Assembly (NCBI GenBank): GCA_964503595.1
Contig: CAZDAM010000002.1
Coordinates: 9,335 to 73,334 of the forward strand
DNA from: an uncultured bacterium
GTDB taxonomy: Bacteria > Muiribacteriota > UBA6191
DNA length: 64,000 nucleotides
Reading direction: 5' to 3'
A program made the translations under genes and the position numbers. Positions 9,337-18,964 of this stretch are shown here, piece by piece. Within the stretch, counting starts at the first letter, position 1; each line of letters starts with the position of its first letter. The notes beneath the pieces are model-generated. The model was given only the letters and a program-made list of their open reading frames with translations, was not told the origin of the DNA and made no database searches.

Positions 9337-10635
9337 ATGACAATCACAGATATGAGCCTTTCTTCCCTTGATTCTCTGGCCTTAAAAAAGCTTCGCTCCG
9401 AAAAATCCTTCTATGAATCCGAGACCATGAAGGCCCTGGCCGGAATCAGTCCTGTTTTTCAGAATCTGCCGCCCCATATCCTGATCGGAGGAACCAATGG
9501 TAAAGGCAGCACCACCGCTCTGATGGAAGGAATTCTGATGGCATCCGGCCATCGGGTGGCCACTTTCATTACACCCCATCTTCTGCACCCAAGAGAAAGG
9601 ATCCGGATCCAGGGAGAAGATCTACCTTTCGGAATCTTTCATGAAGCTCTCAGGGATATGCAGGAGTCTGTCCCCAGACTGCTTCAGAAAGGCTTTAGAA
9701 GCCCGAGTTTCTTTGAAGGAATGCTTTACACACTAATCTGGGCAGCCCGCCATTTTGAATGCACGGCCATGGTTATTGAAGCAGGACTTGGAGGGCGAAG
9801 AGACGCAACAGCCTGTCTCTCACCCCAGGCAACCCTGATCACAAACATCAGCCTGGATCATGCTCATATTCTGGGAGAGACCCATGAGGCGATTGCCCAG
9901 GAAAAAGGGACCCTCTATACGATTGCCCAAAAAAAGTTCTATGGCGGAAAGGAAGATCCCAAAAACCTGTTTTCCGAAATCTCCGGCATTCAGATTCTGT
10001 CTGACTCCATTCCGATCACAATCGTTTCACAAGGGCTTGAGGGGCAGAGCGGACAGTTTGACTGGAATGGTCAGTCTCACCGGTTTCGTTGCCCGCTTCT
10101 TGGCTCATTTCAAAGAGAAAACCTTCAAAATGCCATTGCTCTTGCCTTTGAGATCAGAGAAAAATTTGGCATCACACCTCAAAGCGTGGTGCAGGGGATC
10201 CGCCAAATCCGCCATCCCTTCAGAATGGAGCTCTTAAGCAAAACTCCTCCTCTTCTCATCGACGGAGCCCATAATGCAGATGGCCTCAAGAAGCTTCTGG
10301 ACTCCATGAATGAGCTGCTCCCAAACCAAAAACCAGTCCTCTTCATGGGCCTAAAGAGAACAAAAAGCAATCAAAATCTTAGCTTTTTGTCCCATGGGTG
10401 GGACATTGAGGGAGTCTGTCTAAAAGGTGACAGCTTTTTGAGCCCCGCAGGACTGAAGAAACAGATTCCTCTGAGAAGAGTGCACTGCAGTCTGAAAAGC
10501 ACGCTGGAAGCCATGCACGAAACCCTCAAAATCAGGCCTGTTGTTCTTTGCGGGTCTCTTTATCTGGTTGCCCGCTTCACACGATTCTGGAAAAGAAAAA
10601 ACTCTGGCAACAAAAAAATACAGAAAAAAACATAA
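9337..10635 (+). CDS. folC: Folylpolyglutamate synthase / dihydrofolate synthase (Mur-ligase family)
   Basis: ILIGGTNGKGSTTA P-loop; Mur-ligase middle and C-terminal regions; start placed at ATG 9337 (MTITDMSL), after the convergent gene ends at 9300. The listed ORF start 9154 overlaps that gene. Confidence 0.8.
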   Translation: MTITDMSLSSLDSLALKKLRSEKSFYESETMKALAGISPVFQNLPPHILIGGTNGKGSTTALMEGILMASGHRVATFITPHLLHPRERIRIQGEDLPFGIFHEALRDMQESVPRLLQKGFRSPSFFEGMLYTLIWAARHFECTAMVIEAGLGGRRDATACLSPQATLITNISLDHAHILGETHEAIAQEKGTLYTIAQKKFYGGKEDPKNLFSEISGIQILSDSIPITIVSQGLEGQSGQFDWNGQSHRFRCPLLGSFQRENLQNAIALAFEIREKFGITPQSVVQGIRQIRHPFRMELLSKTPPLLIDGAHNADGLKKLLDSMNELLPNQKPVLFMGLKRTKSNQNLSFLSHGWDIEGVCLKGDSFLSPAGLKKQIPLRRVHCSLKSTLEAMHETLKIRPVVLCGSLYLVARFTRFWKRKNSGNKKIQKKT

Positions 10636-10660
10636 AGAATTTGAAGCAATGTACCGATAC
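10633..10660 (+). promoter_or_regulatory. Sigma-28 (FliA)-type promoter candidate upstream of fliD: TAAA-N16-CCGATAC
   Basis: TAAAgaatttgaagcaatgtaCCGATAC resembles consensus TAAA-N15-GCCGATAA; lies ~35 bp upstream of the fliD start. Confidence 0.4.
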
Positions 10661-10692
10661 CGTAAGATAGGCGAAATTGTCCACTCTGGGAG

Positions 10693-12975
10693 TTGGCTAT
10701 GGCAAACGATCTGGCATTATCCACTGGTCTTGTGTCCGGTATTGACTCTGGAGCGCTGGTTGAAGCTCTGACCATCCGGCAGCGGGAAACCATCAAGATT
10801 CAGGAAAGAAAACAGCATGAGCTGACTATTTCCAAGGAAGAATACCAAAGCATTCACTCGGCCCTGTCTTCACTCGAAGAAGCCGCTGTCAATGTATCTT
10901 TTGAATCCACCTTCTCCCGCAAAACCGCAAAAGTCGGCGATGAGGATCTTTTAGGGGCCACTGCCAACACTTCTGCTGAGGCTGCCAATTATCAGCTCAG
11001 TATCAGCCAGCTCGCGACCAGGCACCGGGTTGCCTCGGACATTCAATCCAGCATGACCTCCCCCCTTCTTTCTGAAGACGCTACCATCCAGCTCAACGGA
11101 GTCAGCCTCACGGTTTCTGCCGGGGCTAATCTGAATGATCTGAAAACCGGGATCAATAGCCTCAGAAGCCAGACGGGAGTTTCTGCCGAAATCATTGACA
11201 AACGTCTGATCCTGTCAAGCGTGGATACCGGTACAGAGAACTCCATGGAGATTATGGATGCTGATGGAGAGTTGCTTCAGAGCATCGGAATCCTGAATGA
11301 CCCCAGCAGCTCCGGTTTTGGAGAAGCCAATGCCAAAGGCCAGGCCCTCAGGTCCGTTACCATTGATGACTGGCGTTTTGCTCCCGGAACCTTCAATATC
11401 AACGGAGCCGAATTCACACTTGGAGGCGGAGAGACTTTCAATGATCTGGCCGATATGATCAACAATTCCGGCGTTGAAGGACTGACAGCAGAAGGAGTCG
11501 GAACCAGAATCCTTATTTACAGTGACGGACAGCCTCTTAACCTGCAGGATGTTGAAGGGAATACCACCCGAATCCTTCAGGATGTGCATTATGAGGAATC
11601 CGATTCTCTTGGCGCACTCAACCTGAATGGAAAATCCCTGTTCATAAATGGCCAGCAAATTGATTTCACTACCGAAACAACAGCCGAAGAAGTCATGGAC
11701 CGGATCAATGCCAAAGGCATTTCCGGAGTCAAGGCCACAGTCGCTCCTGACTCCAGCCGTCTGAGGATTTACTCGGAACCCAACATCAACCTCAATATCT
11801 CCGGGACCGCTGCCGCTGATTTTGGTGCCTTCACCTCAAGAATACCTTCCGATCCTTCCTTTCAGTGGGATTATTTCAATGATGTGGATGAAACCATCAA
11901 CATCAACGGGGAAGACGTGGTCATTCCCGCCTACAGCAGCATGACCCAGATCTACAGTGCCATCAATGCAGTTTCCGGTGACTCCGGTGTGACGGCCTCC
12001 ATTGTCGATGGCACCGAATTGAACTTCAATTCCTCCGACACCATTGTCATCGGTGATGTTTCCGGAAGTTTTGCCGAAAGAACAGGTCTTCTTTCCAGTT
12101 CCTTCAAAAATGAGTTAAAAACCCCACAGGATGCTATTTTCACCATCAATGGAGTTCAGGCTACACGCTCCTCCAACATCATCACCGATGTGGTTGAAAA
12201 CCTGACTCTGGAACTCAAATCTACCGGAAGCAGCACCCTGAATATCCAGAACGATTCCGATACTGCTCGTACTGCGATTGAAAACTTCATTGAGCGCTAC
12301 AACGCCGCAATTGAACTGATTGATGAAAAAGTCCGGGCAAAAAAAGACTACAACCTCAAATATCTGGCCGAAGAAGAAAGAGAAAATCTGGATGCCGAAG
12401 CCCTTGCCGAAAAAGAGGACGAACTCAGAAAACAGGTTCTGGCAGGAGACCCCCTGCTTCAGAGAGCCTACAACACTTTGAGGCAGTTCTCTTATATGCG
12501 GGTTGAAGGCCCAGATGGCATTAATTCTCTTTCCAAAATGGGAATCTCCACCGGCGCTATCGGCTCCAATCCAGCTGAAACACGGATCGGAAAACTTCAG
12601 ATTGCAGATGAATCCAAGTTCAAGGCTGCTCTGGAAAACAATCTGGATCAGGTGAAAACCTTCTTTACCCGAACCGATGAAAACAACCCCAAGGGACAGG
12701 GAATTGGCGAACGTCTGAAAGTTGAAATCCGCCGCTTTACATCTTTCAGCGGCCTTTTGACCCAAAAAGCCGGAAGACCCGGCCAGGCTGTTTCAAACAG
12801 TCTGATTGATAAAGAAATTGCGGGTCTTACTCTAGATATCTTGAACAAGAACCGCTCTCTGCTAAAATATCAGGAAAGCTTATTGCTCACATTTCAGAAC
12901 ATGGAGTCTTCCTTGCAGACGTTGCAGAATCAATCCAACGCCATTGCCCAGGCAGGATCCACTGGCGGTTTCTAA
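10693..12975 (+). CDS. fliD: Flagellar filament cap protein FliD (hook-associated protein 2)
   Basis: N-terminus LSTGLVSGIDSGALVEALTIRQRETIKIQERKQ and C-terminal coiled coil LLTFQNMESSLQTLQNQSNAIAQAG are characteristic of FliD; 760 aa. Confidence 0.85.
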   Translation: MAMANDLALSTGLVSGIDSGALVEALTIRQRETIKIQERKQHELTISKEEYQSIHSALSSLEEAAVNVSFESTFSRKTAKVGDEDLLGATANTSAEAANYQLSISQLATRHRVASDIQSSMTSPLLSEDATIQLNGVSLTVSAGANLNDLKTGINSLRSQTGVSAEIIDKRLILSSVDTGTENSMEIMDADGELLQSIGILNDPSSSGFGEANAKGQALRSVTIDDWRFAPGTFNINGAEFTLGGGETFNDLADMINNSGVEGLTAEGVGTRILIYSDGQPLNLQDVEGNTTRILQDVHYEESDSLGALNLNGKSLFINGQQIDFTTETTAEEVMDRINAKGISGVKATVAPDSSRLRIYSEPNINLNISGTAAADFGAFTSRIPSDPSFQWDYFNDVDETININGEDVVIPAYSSMTQIYSAINAVSGDSGVTASIVDGTELNFNSSDTIVIGDVSGSFAERTGLLSSSFKNELKTPQDAIFTINGVQATRSSNIITDVVENLTLELKSTGSSTLNIQNDSDTARTAIENFIERYNAAIELIDEKVRAKKDYNLKYLAEEERENLDAEALAEKEDELRKQVLAGDPLLQRAYNTLRQFSYMRVEGPDGINSLSKMGISTGAIGSNPAETRIGKLQIADESKFKAALENNLDQVKTFFTRTDENNPKGQGIGERLKVEIRRFTSFSGLLTQKAGRPGQAVSNSLIDKEIAGLTLDILNKNRSLLKYQESLLLTFQNMESSLQTLQNQSNAIAQAGSTGGF

Positions 12976-12978
12976 TTC

Positions 12979-13596
12979 ATGCAGATACATCTCAATGGGA
13001 AACAGGTCGAAGTTGAAACTCAGGAACTACAGGGTTTTGGCCAGTTGATTCAAAAAATTGAAAAACAGATTCTGGAGCCAGGCGGCAGTGTCATTACCGC
13101 CCTGCACTTAAATGGTCGTGAACTGGATGCTCAGGGAGAAGCCGATTATTCCACCTTTCCTCTGGATCGGGTAGAATCTCTTGAGATTCGGGCCAGCAAT
13201 AAACAGGAATTGGCTCTACAAGCCCTTGGCGATGCCGTTCACATTCTTCCCGAACTCTCTTCCGTTGTGGATGAATGTCTGAAAAAGTTTGACGAGCTGT
13301 CCGAAAACGCCGGCATGCAGATTTTTGTCACGGTTGCGGATGGCCTCAGCTGGCTTTCCACCGTTTCTCAAGGAGCCGAAGTCATCTTTCATCCGAAGAT
13401 TCAGAATTCCGGCATGGAAAACTCTGCTTTTCTGGTCGCAAGCCGAAAGCTGCAGAATATTGCCCGCGAACTTCTGAATGCCCAGCAGCAGAGCGACTAC
13501 ACCACATTTCGGGATTTGTTGGAATATGAATTAAAACCGACCCTGAATGAAATTGCCGAAGGTATCCCTGAATTTTGCCAAAGCGTTCAGGCCTGA
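12979..13596 (+). CDS. Hypothetical protein in the flagellar locus (205 aa)
   Basis: ORF tightly packed between fliD and the maf-like gene; no recognisable motif. Confidence 0.45.
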   Translation: MQIHLNGKQVEVETQELQGFGQLIQKIEKQILEPGGSVITALHLNGRELDAQGEADYSTFPLDRVESLEIRASNKQELALQALGDAVHILPELSSVVDECLKKFDELSENAGMQIFVTVADGLSWLSTVSQGAEVIFHPKIQNSGMENSAFLVASRKLQNIARELLNAQQQSDYTTFRDLLEYELKPTLNEIAEGIPEFCQSVQA

Positions 13597-13608
13597 TAAT
13601 CTGATTCC

Positions 13609-15528
13609 ATGTCCGATCCCTATCTGTTTCTGAAGGAAGTTGCCCCTCCACTTTACCAGACTCTGGTCTTTCGGGCTGATAAAGAAGAACTTCTGGATGC
13701 GGTTGAAGGCTTTATCAGCAAGGAAGGCAAAACCAATCTGCGCTTTATCCTGGGTGGACGGAATCTTACAGTTCATTCTTCCTACAATCCGGAAAAAGAA
13801 GCCGAAAAAATCCTGAGCCGCTATGAAAACAACCCCCATAAGCTCACTGTTTGTCTGGGGGTCGGAATCGGTTACCACGTCGATGCCTTTCTGAAGGCCT
13901 ACCCGGATCGTCAACTCGTGATCCTGGAGCCAAGCTATAAAACTCTCCGACAGGCCATGAAACTGCGGGACTTCGAAACCTATTTCAGAAACCCCCGAAT
14001 CACCTTTATCATCACCCCGAATCCTGATGAACTCGCTGACTTTCTGGCTTCCCAGTACAACTTCAACCAGCATTCAGGGGTCCAGTTCATCGAGCCTCCG
14101 GTTTATGCCCGCTGGTTCAATGATGTCTTCAATGCCGTCAAAAAAAGGTTTCTGGAGCATCTGGCCAAGTTCACCGCCAATATGGCCACAATCATGGAAG
14201 CGGATGATGATTTCATCATCAACTGCGTGAACAACGTAAAACACCTGGGGAAATTCCCCTGGGCTGCCCAGCTTTTTGGTCGTTTCCCCGGCATTCCCGC
14301 CATCATTATCAGTGCCGGCCCCTCCCTTCACCTTCATCTGGAAAAACTCAGGGAACTCAAAAACAAGGCCTTTCTGATTGCCGTCGATACGGCTTATCCG
14401 ATTCTTTTGAAAAACGGAATCAATCCCCATTTCGTCTGCACAGCCGATCCCAATGATGTCAATTTCATGCATCTCAAGGGTCTTGATGTCAGCAAAACCT
14501 TTCTGGTTGTTGAGCCCATGACCTGGCATGAAACCCTTGATATGGAGGGAGCGCGGGCTTTTATCTGCAACTTCAATGGATATTATTCCTCGTATTTTTC
14601 CAAATTCTCAGCCTTCCCCAAGCCTCTTCTATCCTGGGGTTCGATTGCAACAACCTGCTTTGATCTGGCCCGCCAGATGGACTGTGGCCCAATTATCTTC
14701 GTGGGTCAGGATCTGGCCTATTCCGACATGCTCACCCACTGCCCAGGTTCCCGCTACGATGAACAGTATTACGCCCAGGTCGAAGCCTGCCCGAATCTTG
14801 AGCTTTATACTTCCTATGAAACATTTCACCTGCAAAGAATCCTGGCAAGACCAGTTGTCAGCCACTTGGACATCCATGGCAATCAGGTTTTGACCCAGAA
14901 CAATCTGATTCTCTATGCCCAGTGGCTGGAAGAACAGTTTTCCAAAACCCGACAGCCAGTGATCAATGCCACAGAACGAGGGATCTTGAGGAAAAACTGC
15001 CGTCAGATGAGCTTTGACAAGGTCTGTCGGGATTATCTGACTCAGGACAGGAATCTGAGTGACGCACTGGAAGTCATCTACAATGAGCCCCGTCGCTTTC
15101 TCTTTCCTGAGCTTCTTGCCGATGTCAGCCGGAAAATCGAAAGTCTGGGCAATGCCGAGGCCCTGGCCACATCCCGCAAGGAGGACAGCAAAGCACTGCT
15201 TGATGCCGCAAAAAACAATTCCGAAAAGGAAATGCGGCAGATGTTCAATGAGCTTTCCAAAGGCATCCATTGCGGGATTGAAGACCCCGTTCTTCTGGGA
15301 TGGCTCGAGCACAAAAACCAGAAAGCCGAAGTTTATTTCCAGCGTTCTTTGGGGAAGCTTGTCGGAGCCCGGTTCAGTCAGGATCTGATCGTGAAAATGG
15401 CTGAACTCTACACCGGATACTACGGTTCTCGACTCAAGTCCTTCCAGGAATTGCAGCATTTTCTGAAAATAGCCGCCAAAGGATGTCAGGAGGGTCTGGA
15501 GATCCAGCCCCTTGATGTCTTAGAATAA
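13609..15528 (+). CDS. Motility-accessory-factor (Maf)-like protein with central DUF115/MptE-like domain (putative flagellin glycosylation factor)
   Basis: 639 aa; central region IIISAGPSLHLHLEKL...AFLIAVDTAYPILLKNGINPHFVCTADP matches the DUF115 fold of Campylobacter/Helicobacter Maf proteins; size and position between fliD and fliS fit. Confidence 0.6.
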   Translation: MSDPYLFLKEVAPPLYQTLVFRADKEELLDAVEGFISKEGKTNLRFILGGRNLTVHSSYNPEKEAEKILSRYENNPHKLTVCLGVGIGYHVDAFLKAYPDRQLVILEPSYKTLRQAMKLRDFETYFRNPRITFIITPNPDELADFLASQYNFNQHSGVQFIEPPVYARWFNDVFNAVKKRFLEHLAKFTANMATIMEADDDFIINCVNNVKHLGKFPWAAQLFGRFPGIPAIIISAGPSLHLHLEKLRELKNKAFLIAVDTAYPILLKNGINPHFVCTADPNDVNFMHLKGLDVSKTFLVVEPMTWHETLDMEGARAFICNFNGYYSSYFSKFSAFPKPLLSWGSIATTCFDLARQMDCGPIIFVGQDLAYSDMLTHCPGSRYDEQYYAQVEACPNLELYTSYETFHLQRILARPVVSHLDIHGNQVLTQNNLILYAQWLEEQFSKTRQPVINATERGILRKNCRQMSFDKVCRDYLTQDRNLSDALEVIYNEPRRFLFPELLADVSRKIESLGNAEALATSRKEDSKALLDAAKNNSEKEMRQMFNELSKGIHCGIEDPVLLGWLEHKNQKAEVYFQRSLGKLVGARFSQDLIVKMAELYTGYYGSRLKSFQELQHFLKIAAKGCQEGLEIQPLDVLE

Positions 15529-15549
15529 CAGAGTAGAAGGGAGAAGCCT

Positions 15550-16185
15550 ATGGCTCTTGCGTACCAGAATCAGCAGCTTGGACAATACAAGCGTATGAAG
15601 ATTGAAACGGCCACGCCGGAGATGCTCATTCTCATGCTCTATGACGGGGCTGTGAAGAACATCACTCTGGCCCGTGAAATCATGGGGGATCGATCTAAAA
15701 TCGATCAGTGCAGTAACCATTTTATCAAGGCTCAGAACATCATCACAGAATTGATGGTTTCCCTGAATTTTGAAATCGGGGGCGAAATTGCCCGCAACCT
15801 TTTCAACATCTACGAATTCATCAACTACACCTTGGCCCAGGCCAATATCACCAAATCCGAAGAAAATCTGGATACCGTGATCACCATGCTCAAGGATCTC
15901 AAGGGCACCTGGCAGGAAGTCATCCGTATCAATCGCGAACGCTACCCGGCCGGTCTTCCATCCGCAGAAGAGATTGCCGCCCGCGAGGGTCGTCCCAGCC
16001 CGGATCCTCAAGGTGGAGTCAATCCTCTGGCCCGTACGGAAAATATGGATGTTGCGGCCAGTGAGGCCGAAGAACCGATACCTGCTCCCGAGCCGGAGAA
16101 GTCCGTAACTTCCAGTACCCGACCCCAGCCTGGCCAGCAGAACCGTTTCAAACAGATTTACGGCAAAGTTCTGTCCCGCAAGTAA
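15550..16185 (+). CDS. fliS: Flagellar export chaperone FliS with Pro/Glu-rich C-terminal extension
   Basis: MALAYQNQQLGQYKRMKIETATPEMLILMLYDGAVKNI matches the FliS N-terminus; four-helix-bundle length plus ~70-aa low-complexity tail. Confidence 0.85.
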   Translation: MALAYQNQQLGQYKRMKIETATPEMLILMLYDGAVKNITLAREIMGDRSKIDQCSNHFIKAQNIITELMVSLNFEIGGEIARNLFNIYEFINYTLAQANITKSEENLDTVITMLKDLKGTWQEVIRINRERYPAGLPSAEEIAAREGRPSPDPQGGVNPLARTENMDVAASEAEEPIPAPEPEKSVTSSTRPQPGQQNRFKQIYGKVLSRK

Positions 16186-16189
16186 TTTC

Positions 16190-16690
16190 ATGCCTAAACA
16201 GCCCGCCAACCTCCTCATTGAGGACATGCAGCCCTGGCATGTGGAAGATGTTCTCAAACTTGAGGCCTTAATTCCTCAGCATGGTGATACTTCCCGCATG
16301 CAAAAGCAAAGAGAAGATCTGATCCGCGCCTTCCTGCGCTACCGCGATCTGGGACAGGCAGTTTGCCGGGTTCTGGAAGCCGATGAAGAAAAGGTCATTG
16401 GCTACTATATTCTTCTGACTCATCCCGCGCGGGTGGCCTCCTTCTGGAAAAAATCCCTTCAGGCAAGTCAGGGCATGGCCTATCTGGCCCAGATTGCCAT
16501 GGATGAGGAATTCCAGCAGATGGGTCTTGGGAAAATCCTTCTTAGGAATGCCGAGGAAAGTTCCCGAAACATGGGTTTGAACGAAATGATTCTGGAAGTC
16601 ATGAGTGGCTCTGATGCTCATACCTGGTACCAGCACCATGCCTACGAAGAAATTGGAGCCCAGATCTATCTGAAGAAAGCCCTGGCATGA
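16190..16690 (+). CDS. GNAT-family N-acetyltransferase (PseH-like position in the flagellar locus)
   Basis: 166 aa; motif A-like QIAMDEEFQQMGLGKILLRNAEE; immediately follows fliS. Confidence 0.7.
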   Translation: MPKQPANLLIEDMQPWHVEDVLKLEALIPQHGDTSRMQKQREDLIRAFLRYRDLGQAVCRVLEADEEKVIGYYILLTHPARVASFWKKSLQASQGMAYLAQIAMDEEFQQMGLGKILLRNAEESSRNMGLNEMILEVMSGSDAHTWYQHHAYEEIGAQIYLKKALA

Positions 16691-18237
16691 ACCCCGTTTT
16701 CATCCGGCAGGTCCTGATCTGCCTGATGCTCTGCCTCTGGACTCCTTTTGGGGAAGCTTCCCCTCTGAAGATCATTCCCTTGGGAGTGCTGGTTGCCCTT
16801 CTTCCCCTGCATCTGAAACCCCCGGAAAAACTGGTCTTTTGTGGATTTGCCCTGCTCCCCTTCGCGGTTCCTTCCCTGGAGCAGCGCTTCTATTTTGCCG
16901 AAGCCTGGCTGATTCTGGCAGCCTTTGCTGGCCGCTATATGAGAAGGGAAGAACTTTCATCCCCCCTGATTCTCTTTGTCTTCGCCAATTTTCTGTTTGT
17001 CCTGTTCAGCAGGCTGGGCTGGCTCCCTTTCCGATGGTTTCAGGCTCATGTGGAATGGAATGAGCCGTCCTTGATTCTGGCCAGCTCTCACCCTGGCCTC
17101 ACAGACTCCCCCTTAAGCCTGTGTCTGCCCCTGATTCTGGGCTGGATCGTAATTCCTCAAAACCCCAGACATCGTCTGGTCTATGGACTCCCGGGGCTCT
17201 TTCTCTGCCTTCAGTCCGGCTCCCGAATCGGTGTTCTTCTCTTTCTTCTGGCCTTTCTTCAGCATGCCTTCCCCAAAATTTCCCCCAAAACAATCCTGCT
17301 GGGACTATGCGCCCTGATTGGGTTGATGTTTCTCACTCTGGATGCCCACTACACCAAGCGCCCCTTAAAAACCCGCCTCATGATCTGGGAGGCCGCCACA
17401 AAAGAACTCAGCCTGCTCGGGCATGGACCTGCCTGGTTTCAAAAGAACAGTGGTCGTCTCATGCCTCCTGATACCGAATGCCAAAAACTCAGCCGGATCC
17501 AGTTTCATCCACACAACGATCTTCTCCACTGGCTTCTGGCTTTTGGATTGCCCGGTCTTGGACTCCGCATCTTCTTCTATTTTCTGGTTTTCAAAACCGT
17601 TCGATCCCATCCCCAAAGCTTTCCCCTGCTCCTCGCTCTGATCGGAGCCCAACTCAATCCCGATCTTCTGACCTCTCCCGGAGTTCCGCTCTTTGGCCTT
17701 TTATGGGGAAGTTTTCACTCCGGATCTGAAACCGGAAAGTCCTCCTGGCTTGCAATCGCCGGGGGGTTCATCCTCATTGTCCTGGCCCTTCTTCAGTGGC
17801 AGACTTCGATTCAGTCCCAGAGCATCCTCAAGGGCCAGTCTGTTCAGCTGAACCCCTGGTTTCAAAGTCCAAGCCTGCTTCTCAATCATGCCTCCTCGCT
17901 GGCACAAAGAGGAAAATTCGCCCAGGCTCTGGAAGAGCTGGAACAACTGGAAAGACACGCCCCGCATTATGCCAACCTGGATTATCTCAAGGCAGGCTGC
18001 CAGATGTACCTAGGACAGCAGGAACAGACTCTTCATTCCTTGCGTGAATCTCTGGAGTTCAATCCCTGTCATCTACAATCCATGCGGGCTTTGGCCGATA
18101 TTCTTCGGAGAAACCATGAAGAAGAAGAGGCTTTGCTCTGGGAAAACAAGGCAACATCTCTGTCCAAGGGAATCATTGAAAATGAGGAAATCTACCAGCC
18201 TGATTCTACTGATGGGACTATGTCTCCCAATCCATAG
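16687..18237 (+). CDS. Polytopic membrane protein, O-antigen-ligase (Wzy_C)-like, with C-terminal TPR repeats
   Basis: ~10-12 predicted TM helices with a large loop, C-terminal ~110 aa TPR-like (AQRGKFAQALEELEQLERHAPHYANLDYLKAGCQMYLGQ...); the Wzy_C assignment is a judgement from topology and composition, not a motif match. Confidence 0.4.
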   Translation: MNPVFIRQVLICLMLCLWTPFGEASPLKIIPLGVLVALLPLHLKPPEKLVFCGFALLPFAVPSLEQRFYFAEAWLILAAFAGRYMRREELSSPLILFVFANFLFVLFSRLGWLPFRWFQAHVEWNEPSLILASSHPGLTDSPLSLCLPLILGWIVIPQNPRHRLVYGLPGLFLCLQSGSRIGVLLFLLAFLQHAFPKISPKTILLGLCALIGLMFLTLDAHYTKRPLKTRLMIWEAATKELSLLGHGPAWFQKNSGRLMPPDTECQKLSRIQFHPHNDLLHWLLAFGLPGLGLRIFFYFLVFKTVRSHPQSFPLLLALIGAQLNPDLLTSPGVPLFGLLWGSFHSGSETGKSSWLAIAGGFILIVLALLQWQTSIQSQSILKGQSVQLNPWFQSPSLLLNHASSLAQRGKFAQALEELEQLERHAPHYANLDYLKAGCQMYLGQQEQTLHSLRESLEFNPCHLQSMRALADILRRNHEEEEALLWENKATSLSKGIIENEEIYQPDSTDGTMSPNP

Positions 18238-18964
18238 CTATGAACCGCCAGCCTATCCTGAGCTGGCCCTGGCCAAACGGCAGTTTCAGGAAGGTCGCTA
18301 TGAAGACACCGTCATAGAGCTTCTGAAAACCAAAAAGCGCAAGACATCCGATGAACTTCTGTTCCTGCTTGCCAAAGCTATGGAGAGGCTTGAAAGTCCC
18401 TCTCTTGAGGCCGTATACTGGCAGGAACTCCTCTCCCAGTTTCCGGAATCCCCTTATGTACCAAGTGCCCGCGTGCGCCTGAAAAACCTGGTCGAACTTT
18501 ATCTGAGCGAGGACTTTCTGGAACTTACCGTTGACGTAGAGACTTCATTGGAACAGGGAATCCAGGAAGGAAAAAACCGCGAGCATGACGCCGCAATTCT
18601 CTGGCTTTTGAAAAGCCTGAGCCTGAAGCCGGACTCTTCCTCAGCCCATTTCTGGCTGGGCTGGAACTATCACCACCTTTACCAGTTCCGACCTTCTCAG
18701 ACAGGCTACCGGGAGCTGGCCATGATTCATTACCGACGTTCCTCCTCCATTATTCCTTCCTCAAGATCTCTGAACAACCTGGCTTGCCTCTTGGCTCAGG
18801 CAGAAGATCCGATTATGGCCCGGTACTATTTTGACAAGGCCCTGGAAGTGGCAGCAACACCGGGTATCCGGGAAGCCGTGGCTGCCAACCGAAACAGTTT
18901 TGCCTCACGCACCAATGCTTTACGCTACCAGCTTCTGCAGGAAGATGAAGATCTGAATCCATGA
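18182..18964 (+). CDS. TPR-repeat lipoprotein/secreted protein
   Basis: Start chosen at ATG 18182 (MRKSTSLILLMGLCLPIHS signal peptide); TPR-like helices (AKRQFQEGRYEDTVIELL...); stop overlaps the next ORF. Confidence 0.5.
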   Translation: MRKSTSLILLMGLCLPIHSYEPPAYPELALAKRQFQEGRYEDTVIELLKTKKRKTSDELLFLLAKAMERLESPSLEAVYWQELLSQFPESPYVPSARVRLKNLVELYLSEDFLELTVDVETSLEQGIQEGKNREHDAAILWLLKSLSLKPDSSSAHFWLGWNYHHLYQFRPSQTGYRELAMIHYRRSSSIIPSSRSLNNLACLLAQAEDPIMARYYFDKALEVAATPGIREAVAANRNSFASRTNALRYQLLQEDEDLNP

